A stretch of 64,000 nucleotides of DNA from Dehalococcoidia bacterium (lineage in GTDB: Bacteria; Chloroflexota; Dehalococcoidia; UBA2979), in assembly GCA_965262725.1 (NCBI GenBank), contig OZ253555.1:32001-96000 (forward strand). The letters are read 5' to 3'. Below, piece after piece: positions 50,957 through 60,836 of this stretch. Under the pieces are notes generated by a model, which was not told where the DNA came from, made no database searches, and saw only the letters and a list, made by a program, of their open reading frames with translations. A program made the translations under genes and the position numbers. Within the stretch, counting starts at the first letter, position 1, and each line of letters begins with the position of its first letter.

Positions 50957-51328
50957 GTGATTACGCTCAGGCTAGTTCGTCGAGGCGACCAGAAGACGCT
51001 CTACGCGCTAGCGCAGGAGAGCGGCAGGTGTCGCTACGAGAAGTTCATCGATGCGCTCGTTGAGAAAGATCGCATCAAGCTGACCAGTCTACTTGACCGT
51101 ACCGTAAGCCACGGGCTACCGCGGAATACGCAGAGATTCAAGCACTTGGAGGACGGGATCTATGAGTTCAAGTCCGATCAGCACCGGCTTCTGTGCTTCC
51201 AATTGCCCGACAATTTGATCGTCATCACACACGGTCTCACCAAGAAGAAGAACAGAATGCCCCGGGCTGAGATCGAGCGGGCAAAGCGAATGCGAACCCA
51301 GTTCTTGGAAGCGGGAGGAGCGTCGTGA
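50957..51328 (+). CDS. HigB/RelE-like toxin
   Basis: FKHLEDGIYEFK...RLLCF...ITHGLTKKKNRMPRAEIERA. Confidence 0.9.
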   Translation: MITLRLVRRGDQKTLYALAQESGRCRYEKFIDALVEKDRIKLTSLLDRTVSHGLPRNTQRFKHLEDGIYEFKSDQHRLLCFQLPDNLIVITHGLTKKKNRMPRAEIERAKRMRTQFLEAGGAS

Positions 51329-51741
51329 TCGAGAAGGCGGGGTTGCTCGATCGGTATGTCGAGGAATACGAGCGAAATCCGCAGTACGTCGCTGAGGGCT
51401 TGGCGATCGACCTGCTGGAGAATGCCATCTTCATCATGCAACAGAAGAAGCTCACACGAGCGGAGGTCGCACGGCGTATGGGCATCTCGCGCTCCGCTGT
51501 GAGTCAACTCTTTGGGCGGGGTAGCCATAACCTGACTCTGCTCACAATGGCAAAACTGGCCGATGCCATTGGCTCGGAGTTCCGCTGCTACGTCGACGAC
51601 CGCGTGCTTGGCGAATCGCTGCGTGCGCCCGCTCCGGTGCCGGACGACAGCTTCGGATTCATCGAGCGATTCATGGTCGAGATGGAAGGGACCGACGATG
51701 CCCCGGTTCAGGACCCTACAGCAGTCGCGGCTGCAGCCTGA
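51325..51741 (+). CDS. HigA-like HTH antitoxin with a C-terminal extension
   Basis: LTRAEVARRMGISRSAVSQLF...NLTLLTMAKLA plus an acidic/aromatic tail. Confidence 0.9.
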   Translation: MIEKAGLLDRYVEEYERNPQYVAEGLAIDLLENAIFIMQQKKLTRAEVARRMGISRSAVSQLFGRGSHNLTLLTMAKLADAIGSEFRCYVDDRVLGESLRAPAPVPDDSFGFIERFMVEMEGTDDAPVQDPTAVAAAA

Positions 51742-52162
51742 CTTCTTCTGGGTCGACCGGTTCAGCTTCGAGACGCGCCCCGATCGCCAGGAGCGTGCCG
51801 GGAAGGCCGTGGGCGTCAAGGCAAACATCCAGTTCAAGGGGAGCGCCGATGACGAGGCTGGCGTTCTCGTCCGACTGGCTCTCGAGAGCTCCACGTCCAA
51901 GCATGATGGCTCGCCCTACGACTTCGCACTGGATGTCGGCGCCGTCTTCAAGATCGCGAACGATGATGACCCAGTTTCGCGGCGCCGACTGATCCGCTAC
52001 AACGCACCCGCTGTCTTGTATGGCCTCGCCAGGGGCTATGTGGCGTCGGCCACCGCGATGGGGCTGACCCTACCGCTCATGCTGCCGTCCGTTGATCTTG
52101 TTGAATTCCTGAGCCCGCGACCCGCGTTGGAAGAGCGGGCGAGCGAAGCCCCAGTCCCATAG
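51698..52162 (+). CDS. SecB-like chaperone
   Basis: YNAPAVLYGLARGYVASATAMG..PLMLPSVDL. Confidence 0.85.
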   Translation: MPRFRTLQQSRLQPDFFWVDRFSFETRPDRQERAGKAVGVKANIQFKGSADDEAGVLVRLALESSTSKHDGSPYDFALDVGAVFKIANDDDPVSRRRLIRYNAPAVLYGLARGYVASATAMGLTLPLMLPSVDLVEFLSPRPALEERASEAPVP

Positions 52163-52213
52163 CCTCGGTCGACCCCCACGCGCTTCGGCTCGCGGCGTGC
52201 CACCGGGCATGAC

Positions 52214-52265
52214 CATCAGTTCGGGCAACTGAGGGTCGCGGGTTCGAATCCTTCCCGGCGCGCCA
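52214..52265 (+). repeat. tRNA-Arg 3' half (attR-like)
   Basis: AACTGAGGGTCGCGGGTTCGAATCCTTCCCGGCGCGCCA matches the 3' end of 34610-34685 with 1 mismatch; no 5' half. Confidence 0.88.
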
Positions 52266-52406
52266 CCCTCCGCTGCGGGGGGGGGGGGGGCAGACTCCAC
52301 CGAGCTAGGCACCGGGCGGTCGGGGGTAGACGTGTGAGTTCCGGCGCTGACAGCGACAGCCCTTGGGCCAACCGGAATGCGCGGCGTCGCGAGATCGCCC
52401 GCAGCA

Positions 52407-53429
52407 TCAGTGCCCATTGGCCCTCGCTTGAAGGTCCGCGCACCGTCTCATGAGATCGTCGAACGACTCGGCACTCTCGAGCAGCATGCCGTCGCTCACC
52501 ATCCTGGCGTAGTCGTCGGCTAACGCGTCGTACGCAGAGCCGTCCGGCACGAGTTGCAGGTCCCCCGCGACCGCCGCCTCGTAGTCGATCACGTTCCCCT
52601 TGGCGTCGTTCGCCCGGTAGAACATCGACTTGTGCCGTGCAACCGCCATCGCGAGCGACCGGTCGGCGAGCGCGGCCCATCCATAGCCAGCATCATCCAA
52701 CCGCACGAGGTCGTGCCAGTGCCGGGAGAGACGCCCGCCCCGCTGTCGCTGCTGGCGGCAGAAGACGTGTACGGCCGTCGCCTTCTCCCAGAATGTACGC
52801 TCGGCCAACATCACGAAGACGCGGACCGAGGGGAACGCGACTTCCGATATCTCTGCGGCTGCGTCGCACTCGATTGCACGCGCCTCGCGAGGCTCACCGC
52901 TTGAGCGGGCACCGAACTCCACCAGCACCTCGGGCTTTACGAACCCGGACCCCGCGACCAGCGGCGTGTAGTTGACGAATATGCGGTCTCCGTCAGCACG
53001 AAGCTGAACCGCCAGACCGGCCCGGCGCAGTCCCGTATCGACAGCCGGCAACGCATGCTCCTTCACCCACCCCGGCAGCCGCCGCCTGATCTCCCGCGTC
53101 CAGCGTCCCTCCTGGCTGCGGATGGCGGGAAGCGCCTCGTCGTCACCGCCCGCCACCAGGTCAGGCGCGAAGGCGCGGATGTCGAACGTCATGTCGAGGT
53201 CTTCCGAGAACCGTCGAATCGCGTGATACGCCTTCGACAACGAGGTGCCGCCCTTGAAGGTCAGGTGCTCGCCAAACGGCGCTTCTGTGAGCGTCTGCAA
53301 CGTCCGGACGACCCAGATGTCCTTCTCCAGCAGATGCGCGGGGCGCCCGCTGCGGCTGGATGCGACCTCCAACGTGTCACGCCGGTCATCGTCCGAGAGC
53401 GATTGGAACGAGGGGCTATCCATTGGCAA
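52407..53429 (-). CDS. abiEii: AbiEii/AbiGii nucleotidyltransferase toxin (type IV TA)
   Basis: LEKDIWV, FKGGTSLSKAY..IRRFSEDLD, RTFWEK, SRHWHD. Confidence 0.95.
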   Translation of the reverse strand: MPMDSPSFQSLSDDDRRDTLEVASSRSGRPAHLLEKDIWVVRTLQTLTEAPFGEHLTFKGGTSLSKAYHAIRRFSEDLDMTFDIRAFAPDLVAGGDDEALPAIRSQEGRWTREIRRRLPGWVKEHALPAVDTGLRRAGLAVQLRADGDRIFVNYTPLVAGSGFVKPEVLVEFGARSSGEPREARAIECDAAAEISEVAFPSVRVFVMLAERTFWEKATAVHVFCRQQRQRGGRLSRHWHDLVRLDDAGYGWAALADRSLAMAVARHKSMFYRANDAKGNVIDYEAAVAGDLQLVPDGSAYDALADDYARMVSDGMLLESAESFDDLMRRCADLQARANGH

Positions 53430-54012
53430 GCAGGGCGCTCACCGGCTCGGCGATCCAAGCTGGCATCACAGCGCGCGCCGCCGCCAACTCCTCAACGTCC
53501 TGGTGCGAGAGCCTGCGCTGGATTGCCTCCAGGCTTGTCTCCACTTCCTCGGGGCCCAACCAGGCCAGCGCCCGCACGGCGTCGCCTGCGGGCCGGTGGG
53601 GTGCCACCAGCTGCCACCGGGGAGCATGACGCAGTGCGACCGTCACTTCGCCGAATTTCAATCGCCGGTCGGGGCCCGATGTCAGGTAGACCGACCGCAC
53701 AGGGACCTGCGTGGTGAGGCCGAGCGCATTCGCCTCGGCGCCGCCGCAGGGAACGATCGTCTCTCCCCGGAGCTTCGACAGCGACGCGATCACCTTGTCG
53801 ACGGCAGGCGGTCGCGGACCGAAGCGGGTTGCGATGGGCGTGACGTACATTCCCTGGCAGAGCCGCAGCAGGCGTCCGTTGCGGGTCAGACGGGACAGCG
53901 CCTGGTCGATCGCCGTTCTGCTCCCCAGATGTAGCAGTGACTTCGGGTGCAGCACGGTGCCTTCGGGTAGGTCCGAAGCGTATTCTAGTAGGAGTTGCGG
54001 CAGGCTTCTCAT
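53416..54012 (-). CDS. AbiEi-like antitoxin (DUF6088)
   Basis: GSRTAIDQALSRL..G.LLRL.QGMY; ANALGLTTQVP. Confidence 0.92.
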   Translation of the reverse strand: MRSLPQLLLEYASDLPEGTVLHPKSLLHLGSRTAIDQALSRLTRNGRLLRLCQGMYVTPIATRFGPRPPAVDKVIASLSKLRGETIVPCGGAEANALGLTTQVPVRSVYLTSGPDRRLKFGEVTVALRHAPRWQLVAPHRPAGDAVRALAWLGPEEVETSLEAIQRRLSHQDVEELAAARAVMPAWIAEPVSALLANG

Positions 54013-54030
54013 GGTCACGTCGATCCGCTT

Positions 54031-54064
54031 GATGTCAGTAAGATATGGTGATTTCTGACGCATC
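54031..54064. promoter_or_regulatory. Imperfect inverted repeat, putative AbiEi operator
   Basis: GTCAGTAA...TTTCTGAC just upstream of the antitoxin gene. Confidence 0.6.
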
Positions 54065-54277
54065 TCAAGCCCCGGGTCTCTCGCCATGCTTCCCCCGCCC
54101 AACTCCCAAGCAGGATCACGGAGCGGCGGGAGTCCTCACACCAGCACTCCCGAGGTGCCCGAGGTACAGACGACATCCGCGAGCGGGGACCACGCCAAGG
54201 CACGACGAGCGCCGCCCGGCCGCTCTCGGCCGAGCACTTCACGGTGGGCGGGACGCTGCTGGAGACCTGGGCCTCGC

Positions 54278-54850
54278 TCAAGAGCTACCGCCCGAAACAG
54301 CTCCCGTCGGCCCTAGTCGCACTTCGCTGGTGCACGCATCGCACGTCTGCTCGTGAAGCCGGCGCTCCAGGGCGAGCGACTCGTCGGACCATTCCCGGGG
54401 TTGCGGCTCGCCGGGCATCCGCAGCGCGAGGTTGCTCCGCGCCGCCCGGGCGCCGAGCTCGGCGGCGACCTTGATGGCGGTCACCTTGTAGTGGCGCGAC
54501 AGCAGGTACGCCTCATCCATCGTCAGCGCGCAGCCGCCGCCCGCGCCGTACCGCTCGACGAGTCCGTAGAAGTGGCGCCAGAACCGGCGCGAGTGGTGCT
54601 CCGTCGGCGGCAGCACAAGGTGCGCGAGCTCGTGGAGGAGTGTCGACGTGAGGGCAGCATGGCCGCGGTCCGAGGCTGCACGGATCACGATGCGGCGACG
54701 GCGAGGTTCCGCCCAGCTCTTCGGCCTCGAATCGCCCCAGTGCCACTCGATGCGGCAGTGGTACGGGTAGTCCGCGTCGTCCAGCACCCGGTGCGACAAG
54801 GCCTGCGCCCACTCGGGCGTCGGTAGCATGGGGAAGAAGATGTCGGCCAT
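54278..54850 (-). CDS. SprT-like zinc metallopeptidase, copy 1
   Basis: TLLHELAHL....HHSRRFW. Confidence 0.8.
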   Translation of the reverse strand: MADIFFPMLPTPEWAQALSHRVLDDADYPYHCRIEWHWGDSRPKSWAEPRRRRIVIRAASDRGHAALTSTLLHELAHLVLPPTEHHSRRFWRHFYGLVERYGAGGGCALTMDEAYLLSRHYKVTAIKVAAELGARAARSNLALRMPGEPQPREWSDESLALERRLHEQTCDACTSEVRLGPTGAVSGGSS

Positions 54851-55107
54851 CGCCCGCGCAGTCTGCACCAACCTCGGCGCTGAGGCCCACTGGCGATACG
54901 ATCACCCCTAGACGGTGTAGCCGATCATGAACATCGCCGACTGGAGCGCGCGCCGGCGTTCGCAGCGGCGGCGCATCCGAGCGCGAGGAGTTGTCTCTCG
55001 GCTACCGGTTGGTTGTGGCCAAAGCGACGTGAGGGCGTCGCTCCGCTGAACGACGTGGCGCCCGCATTGACGCTTCAGGGAGTCCGGTCGCTGCCTCTAC
55101 TCCCACC

Positions 55108-55821
55108 TCACAGCTCCACCCAGTATCCCCGAGCCGCGAAGAAGAACATGAGCCCGCCGGTCCAGACGGCATGACTCCACGTATGAGTCCGCAGCCGAAA
55201 CCATACGGCGAGGGAGAAGAGGAAGACCACCGCCCCAGTGGCGAGCAGGACAAACTCCAGGCCAACCTTGTCCCGAAAGTCGGGCTCCAGCCACTGTGGG
55301 AACGCGAGAGTGGCGATGCCCAGGAGGATCGGTGACGCCATGGCACCCGCCATCGCCGCGGTCAGCCGCGGATACAGGACCGCTCCGGCGTACGCAACGG
55401 ACGCAAGGAGGACCGCGCCCAGGAGGCGCTCCATCACGGCGGCGACCGTCCATTCAGCAATCTTAGGGTGGAACCACGCCGAGACGAGATACCACGCCAG
55501 GGCCACTAGGATGACCGAGCAGAGAAACGGGAGCCAGGACGCACCGCGCCCGGAGGCGAGTGCCGCGAACCGTCCAAGCCGAGGGCGCGTCAGCAAGCCG
55601 ACGACCGCGCCCAGCGGGAAGAGCGCCAGTTCGATTCCCTCCCGTCCTACTGGACCAGACGAACCAGATTGGGAGAGATAGAAGTACGGCGTGAGGGGTG
55701 AGATCAGAACCGGAGAGATGAGAAGGACCGTCAGTGCGAGCATGGCGGCGATCACCACCGCGATGAGCAGGATTAATCCGCACCGCTCAACTATGGGTTT
55801 CGGCTCGGAGGAGTCGTTCAT
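55108..55821 (-). CDS. Hypothetical multi-pass membrane protein
   Basis: About 7 hydrophobic segments. Confidence 0.7.
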   Translation of the reverse strand: MNDSSEPKPIVERCGLILLIAVVIAAMLALTVLLISPVLISPLTPYFYLSQSGSSGPVGREGIELALFPLGAVVGLLTRPRLGRFAALASGRGASWLPFLCSVILVALAWYLVSAWFHPKIAEWTVAAVMERLLGAVLLASVAYAGAVLYPRLTAAMAGAMASPILLGIATLAFPQWLEPDFRDKVGLEFVLLATGAVVFLFSLAVWFRLRTHTWSHAVWTGGLMFFFAARGYWVEL

Positions 55822-55876
55822 CTCTTCGTTCCCGTGTGCACACATCCTGTCGATATGGATGTGGCTCATGAAGACG

Positions 55877-57091
55877 TTACGGACTTCGTCGGGCACTCTG
55901 CGCCTCCTCAAACTGTTGCCGGACCTTGCCGGTCCCGACCAGCTGCGAGAGGAGCCGGTAGTTGCCTGACTCGTGGCGCAGCCTGCCGGCGACGATCGCG
56001 GGATGGATGCCCACGGAGTTTGCAAAATAGATCACGTTCAGGGTGGCAGGCTCCAGCGAGATCCCGCTCCCCTCCCACTGGTCGCGCGGAATGAGCGCGT
56101 CCTGCGCCCACTCGTCGGCCTCGGCTTCGCGGGCGTCGTCGCCGGGCAGGTCTAGGTCGTCGACGAACCCCTCGGGGCGGCCGTCAAAGTGGCGGCCGAT
56201 GTGAGCGAGCTCATGCATCAAGCAGAACCAGAAGTTGTCGATGCGGTCGTAGCGCAGGGTCAGACCGATGACGGATGGCTTCCCCGGCAGCCTGAAGACG
56301 GCGCCGTCGAGGTGCGTTCTCGGGAGGTGGCGTTCCACCCGCAGCGCAATCCCGTGCTCGGCGAGGAAGTCCCTCGCCTGCACCGGTCCGTCTTCCGACT
56401 GGCTCAGTCGCGCGACATCCCGCAGGAAGTCGGGGGTGACGGCCCCGGGCTCGTATGGAGCGCTCGGGGGGGCGTCGTTCGCGGAGGCGAGTACCTGCCA
56501 GCACCAGGCTCGCAGAGCGTAGGGGTCGGTCTTGGCGTTGATGCGCTGGTGGTCGTTCTTCCGATACATCGGGACCGCAACGAGGGCGTCGCGGCCACCG
56601 GCGCGGTCGAGCAGGCCGGCCACCAGCTCGCTCGCTTGCCCCTTCAGGTCGGCAACGTCGGGGAGCCAGGCGCGCTTCACCATCTCCTTCAAGGGGAAGC
56701 GGTCGGCGTCGAGGCCGGCGTCGTCGGCGGGCGCCGGCTTCTGCAGGAGCACCTCGGCGGGGATGCCGAGGTGCTCGTGAAGGGCCCGCGCCATGGACAT
56801 CGTTATCGCACGCCTCCCTGAGAGAACCTCGGAGACCCTGGCGCGGCTCCCCATGTACGGGACGAGGTCACGCTGGCTCAGGCCCCGCTGGTCCATGCAG
56901 AACTCGATGGCGGCGACCGGGTCGGGGTAGCCCATGGGAACGTGCTTGTCCTCATAGACTCCGACAAGGTCGACGAGCACGTCGAGCTCCTCCCCCTCGG
57001 GCGTTCCTTCGCGGGCATCCATGAGCTCCGCAACACGCGCGAGGGCGGCTTCGTAGTCGGCTTCAGTGCGGACGGGCCTCACGTTGACCAT
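55877..57091 (-). CDS. higA: HigA antitoxin fused to an ImmA/IrrE metallopeptidase
   Basis: RTEADYEAAL...YEDKH; HTH SRARVSEVLSGRR; DNFWFCLMHELAH; EAEAD. Confidence 0.93.
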   Translation of the reverse strand: MVNVRPVRTEADYEAALARVAELMDAREGTPEGEELDVLVDLVGVYEDKHVPMGYPDPVAAIEFCMDQRGLSQRDLVPYMGSRARVSEVLSGRRAITMSMARALHEHLGIPAEVLLQKPAPADDAGLDADRFPLKEMVKRAWLPDVADLKGQASELVAGLLDRAGGRDALVAVPMYRKNDHQRINAKTDPYALRAWCWQVLASANDAPPSAPYEPGAVTPDFLRDVARLSQSEDGPVQARDFLAEHGIALRVERHLPRTHLDGAVFRLPGKPSVIGLTLRYDRIDNFWFCLMHELAHIGRHFDGRPEGFVDDLDLPGDDAREAEADEWAQDALIPRDQWEGSGISLEPATLNVIYFANSVGIHPAIVAGRLRHESGNYRLLSQLVGTGKVRQQFEEAQSARRSP

Positions 57092-57093
57092 TG

Positions 57094-57387
57094 CTACACC
57101 TCCCGTGCATCGATGCGGTCGTACTCGACGTGCGTTCCCACGAAGCGGACATACACGATCCGGTACCGATAGTTGATCTCGACGATCAGGCGGTAGTCGT
57201 TGCCTCTGATCTTGAAGACCGCCCGGTTGCCGCCAACGATGCTGGCCTTGGGGAACCTCGCCGTCACCATCGCCGGTGAGTCCCAGTCCTCGCCCTTGAC
57301 GGTGCGGTACCAGGAGCGCAGCGGTTCCGCAGCGTTCGGATGGCTCTCCCAGTAGTCTCGCAGCGTTCGCTTGGCGATGATGCGCAC
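57094..57387 (-). CDS. higB: HigB mRNA interferase
   Basis: MRIIAKRTLRDYWESHP...VFKIRGNDYRLIV...GTHVEYD. Confidence 0.95.
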   Translation of the reverse strand: MRIIAKRTLRDYWESHPNAAEPLRSWYRTVKGEDWDSPAMVTARFPKASIVGGNRAVFKIRGNDYRLIVEINYRYRIVYVRFVGTHVEYDRIDAREV

Positions 57388-57403
57388 AGGTGAGCCGCTT
57401 CGA

Positions 57404-57416
57404 TCCCATTATGGGA
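57404..57416. promoter_or_regulatory. Palindrome TCCCA-TTA-TGGGA, putative HigA operator
   Basis: Immediately upstream of higB. Confidence 0.55.
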
Positions 57417-57788
57417 CTAAGTATGTACTGATACAAGTGGGATTGTACAACTTCACGCCTGAGTGGGAAACCTCGTGGTGCCTCGTGGCGGCTCGTGGCG
57501 CTGTTGGTCCGAGTGGTGGTCACGTGACAATGTCGCTTGGCTCAAGAGGCTCGGGGCGCTCGATGGAGTTCCCGAACGGGTCGAACGTGCTGGTGCCTCG
57601 GGACGGAGTGGAACCATCAGCCAACGTGAAAGGACGCTATGGGAGGGCGAGAAGTCGATGCCGTCGGAGCAGCACGATCAGTGGAAGCGCGACCTCTTCC
57701 ACTTGGACCGCAACGGGAGCGGTTGTGTCTTGTGCGAGGATGGGCCCTTCGGCTGTGGTGATATTCTTGGCGGACAGTCGTGGGGGCG

Positions 57789-58853
57789 ATGATCCAGAGC
57801 GCCGCGCCCCCGAACAGGGGGCAAGCCACGGATTCTCCTGCTGTGGCCGAGGGTGACGCCGCGGTCATAGTCGAGGGCGTCGCGAAGCGGTTCGGAGAGG
57901 TCGTCGCTCTTGACGGCGTCGATCTCCGTGTCGGTCGGGGATCCGTGCTCGGTTTGCTGGGGCCGAACGGCGCTGGCAAGACGACGCTTGTCCGCATCCT
58001 CACGACACTTCTGGCGGCGGACTCGGGGCGAGCCGTCGTTGCGGGCTACGACGTTGTTCGCGGCGCTTCCGCCCTCCGTCACGTGATCGGATTGGCGGGG
58101 CAGAGCGCCGCCGTGGACGACTACCTCACCGGGCGCGAAAACCTGGAGCTCGTCGCTCGTCTCTATCACCGCCCTAGGCGTGAGGCGCGGCGGCGCGCCG
58201 ACGAGCTCCTCGAGCGTTTCGATCTCGTCGACGCTGGCGGCCGGCAGGCCCGCACATACTCGGGCGGGATGCGCCGCCGCCTTGATCTGGCCGCTAGTCT
58301 CATCTCACAACCGCAGGTCCTGTTCCTGGACGAACCGACGGCTGGCCTCGATCCGCGTAGCCGCGCCGGTCTGTGGGAGGTCATCAAGGGACTGGTCAGC
58401 GAAGGCACGAGCGTGCTGCTGACGACGCAGTACCTCGAGGAAGCCGATGAGCTGGCCGACCGCATCACGGTGATCGACCACGGTCGCGTGCTGGCGGAAG
58501 GGACGGCGGACGATCTGAAGCAGCAGAGCGCGCAGGCGGTGCTTGCCGTGCACGTCGAGCAGCCGGAGCAGCTGGCGGATGCGGTGGCGGTGATTCGACG
58601 CCTGTCGGAGCAAGACCCGGAGATCGAACGGGGCAGAAGGCGGGTCTCGGTTCGTACGTCCCAGGGGTCGTCGCTGATCGTCCGTGCGGTACGTGAACTG
58701 GAGGCGGCCGGCGTGGATGTGGCCGACATCGGGCTGCGCCAGCCGACGTTGGACGAGGTGTTCATGGTCCTCACGGGCCACCACGCCGAGCAACCGGCGA
58801 ATGGTGGCGGGGCTGCACGTCGCGAGTCCGCCGGTGATGGAGGACGTGCGTGA
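57789..58853 (+). CDS. DrrA-like ABC exporter ATP-binding subunit
   Basis: GPNGAGKTT, YSGGMRRR, FLDEPT. Confidence 0.95.
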   Translation: MIQSAAPPNRGQATDSPAVAEGDAAVIVEGVAKRFGEVVALDGVDLRVGRGSVLGLLGPNGAGKTTLVRILTTLLAADSGRAVVAGYDVVRGASALRHVIGLAGQSAAVDDYLTGRENLELVARLYHRPRREARRRADELLERFDLVDAGGRQARTYSGGMRRRLDLAASLISQPQVLFLDEPTAGLDPRSRAGLWEVIKGLVSEGTSVLLTTQYLEEADELADRITVIDHGRVLAEGTADDLKQQSAQAVLAVHVEQPEQLADAVAVIRRLSEQDPEIERGRRRVSVRTSQGSSLIVRAVRELEAAGVDVADIGLRQPTLDEVFMVLTGHHAEQPANGGGAARRESAGDGGRA

Positions 58854-59656
58854 CGTTCGCCAGCACCGTCGCTCCCACCACGGCTGTCGCGTTGAGCAGC
58901 ATCCGCTGGGCGGTGTCCGATTCCCTGTTGATGGCGAGGCGCAATGTCCTGCGCATGAGCCGTAGGCTCGACTACGTCGTCTTCGTGACGATCCAGCCGG
59001 TCATGTTCATCCTCCTGTTCAATTATGTCTTCGGGGGCGCGATAGCCACGCCCACGGAGAACTACGCGGACTTCTTGATCCCCGGCGTGCTCGTGCAGAC
59101 GGTGCTCTTTAGCGCGATGAACACGGGCATAGGACTGGCAGAGGACCTCACCCACGGGATGATCGACCGCTACCGGTCGTTGCCCATGTCACGGGTGGCA
59201 GTGGTAGCCGGCCGCATTCTTGCAGATCTGGCAATCATCGCCATCACCGTCTCGATCATGCTTGTGGTCGGGTACGCCGTCGGATTCCGTCTCCACGGGA
59301 CGCTGATCGAGTCGATGGGCGTCCCGGTGTTCACCGTGCTCTTCAGCATCCCGTTTCTGTGGGTGTCGGCATTCCTCGGCGTCTGGATCCGCAACGTCGA
59401 GACGATGCAAAGCGCCGGCTTCCTGTGGATCTTCCCGCTCACTTTCATCAGCTCCGCGTTCGTTCCCGTGGAGTCGATGCATCCCTGGGTACAAGGCTTC
59501 GCCGAGAGAAACCCGGTGACGATCGCCATCGATGCGGTCCGCGGGTTGTCGGCCGGTGCCGTGGACACGTCGGATCTCTGGCAAACGCTCGCGTGGACGG
59601 TGGTGCTCACGCTGCTCGCCGCTGCTGTGGCCACGAACCGCTACCGGCGGGTCTAG
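58850..59656 (+). CDS. DrrB-like ABC-2 permease
   Basis: QPVMFILLF.YVFGG, GMIDRYRSLP, SSAFVP, NPVT. Confidence 0.95.
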   Translation: MTFASTVAPTTAVALSSIRWAVSDSLLMARRNVLRMSRRLDYVVFVTIQPVMFILLFNYVFGGAIATPTENYADFLIPGVLVQTVLFSAMNTGIGLAEDLTHGMIDRYRSLPMSRVAVVAGRILADLAIIAITVSIMLVVGYAVGFRLHGTLIESMGVPVFTVLFSIPFLWVSAFLGVWIRNVETMQSAGFLWIFPLTFISSAFVPVESMHPWVQGFAERNPVTIAIDAVRGLSAGAVDTSDLWQTLAWTVVLTLLAAAVATNRYRRV

Positions 59657-59900
59657 CCGTCATGTCCGCGCTTGGGCGAGCGGAGCCCGCGTTACCTGTC
59701 CAGGCGGAACGGCCAGCAGGTCCCGGTCGACGACCAGGGTTGGAGACCAGGAAGAACGGCCGGCGTCACCTGCGCTACAGGGGACGGATTGGTCTTCCGC
59801 TCAGCTGAGCGGGCTCTACGTACGGATAGTTCTGGATGAGAAGAGGCCTGGTCCCAATTCCCGCGCGCCGGAACAGCGGGATTGGCATACTGATCGCCCT

Positions 59901-60401
59901 ATGCGACGGCGCCGCAAGTACTACGAGCCTGAGGACCTCGGCCGCGAGCAGGCTCGCCGTGACGCCGCCGACCGCAGCCGGCGGTTCTACGTCTACGCCC
60001 TGAAGACCAACTACGGCCACTACGTCGGCCACACCGCGCATGTGGGGGCACGGCTCCGCCAACACCGTGGCGATGAGGTCGAATCGACGGCTGGAGGCGA
60101 CCCCTCTCTCGTCTGGACGTCCGGGCCGCTTGCCACCCGCAGGGACGCCGCCGCGTTCGAAGCGGCGATGAAGTCGCTTCGCGACCAGCACTCGCCGCGC
60201 TTCGCGGAGATCACGGGCGTCACGCCCATCCCCTGGCGATACGGCCGCCGCCGCGCCGGCTGGCCGGTGCCCGCGTTGCGCCGCGGGACTCGGAGAGCCG
60301 GCCGCAGCCGCCGAAGACGGCGTATGTGGATGGTGATCGTCGTGGCCGCCGTCCTCGTCGGACCTGTCGTCATCGATGCGATTGGCGACGCCCTGTTCTA
60401 A
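59901..60401 (+). CDS. GIY-YIG nuclease-like protein with a C-terminal TM helix
   Basis: FYVYAL...HYVGHT...RLRQH...AAFEAAMK; tail MWMVIVVAAVLVGPVVI. Confidence 0.75.
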   Translation: MRRRRKYYEPEDLGREQARRDAADRSRRFYVYALKTNYGHYVGHTAHVGARLRQHRGDEVESTAGGDPSLVWTSGPLATRRDAAAFEAAMKSLRDQHSPRFAEITGVTPIPWRYGRRRAGWPVPALRRGTRRAGRSRRRRRMWMVIVVAAVLVGPVVIDAIGDALF

Positions 60402-60836
60402 CCGCCCGGACGAGTCGTGACGTATGCGCTTCCCCATCCGACCCGTGGCTGGGAGCGACACGCAACGAGTCCGAAGCCTCGGTAGACGATTTCCGCTGCG
60501 GTGATCAGCCACCCGGGACCTCAGATTCATGGACTGGGTGTTGGCGGTTCGAGGCCATGCCGGCCGCTCGGGGCCCGGCACCGAGCCCTGACGCTCCCAA
60601 AGGGGCGCCGCCCGCTTCTCACGAGGCTGATGCGGGTACTGCTACGTCGCCTCGCACGAGGCTCTTCGCAGCACACCAGCTCCCGGCCGTCCGTGACGGC
60701 GCAGCTGCGCATTGCACTCCCGCCTTCCCGGACGTGCGGTGCCTGCCCTCGGACGTGCCGCCGCGAGTGTGGTTCCGCAGCACTCACTTCGACGTAGCGC
60801 CTCTACGGCCGGGTGGGTCGCGTGGATCGCATCGGA

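Noticed and set aside
52190-52265. Second complete tRNA gene
   Set aside because: There is no acceptor 5' strand or D-arm and the anticodon loop is altered; the same applies at 48876.
52277-52290. G14 run as a phase-variation tract or G-quadruplex
   Set aside because: It is intergenic, follows the tRNA half, may be one arm of a hairpin, and homopolymer length is unreliable.
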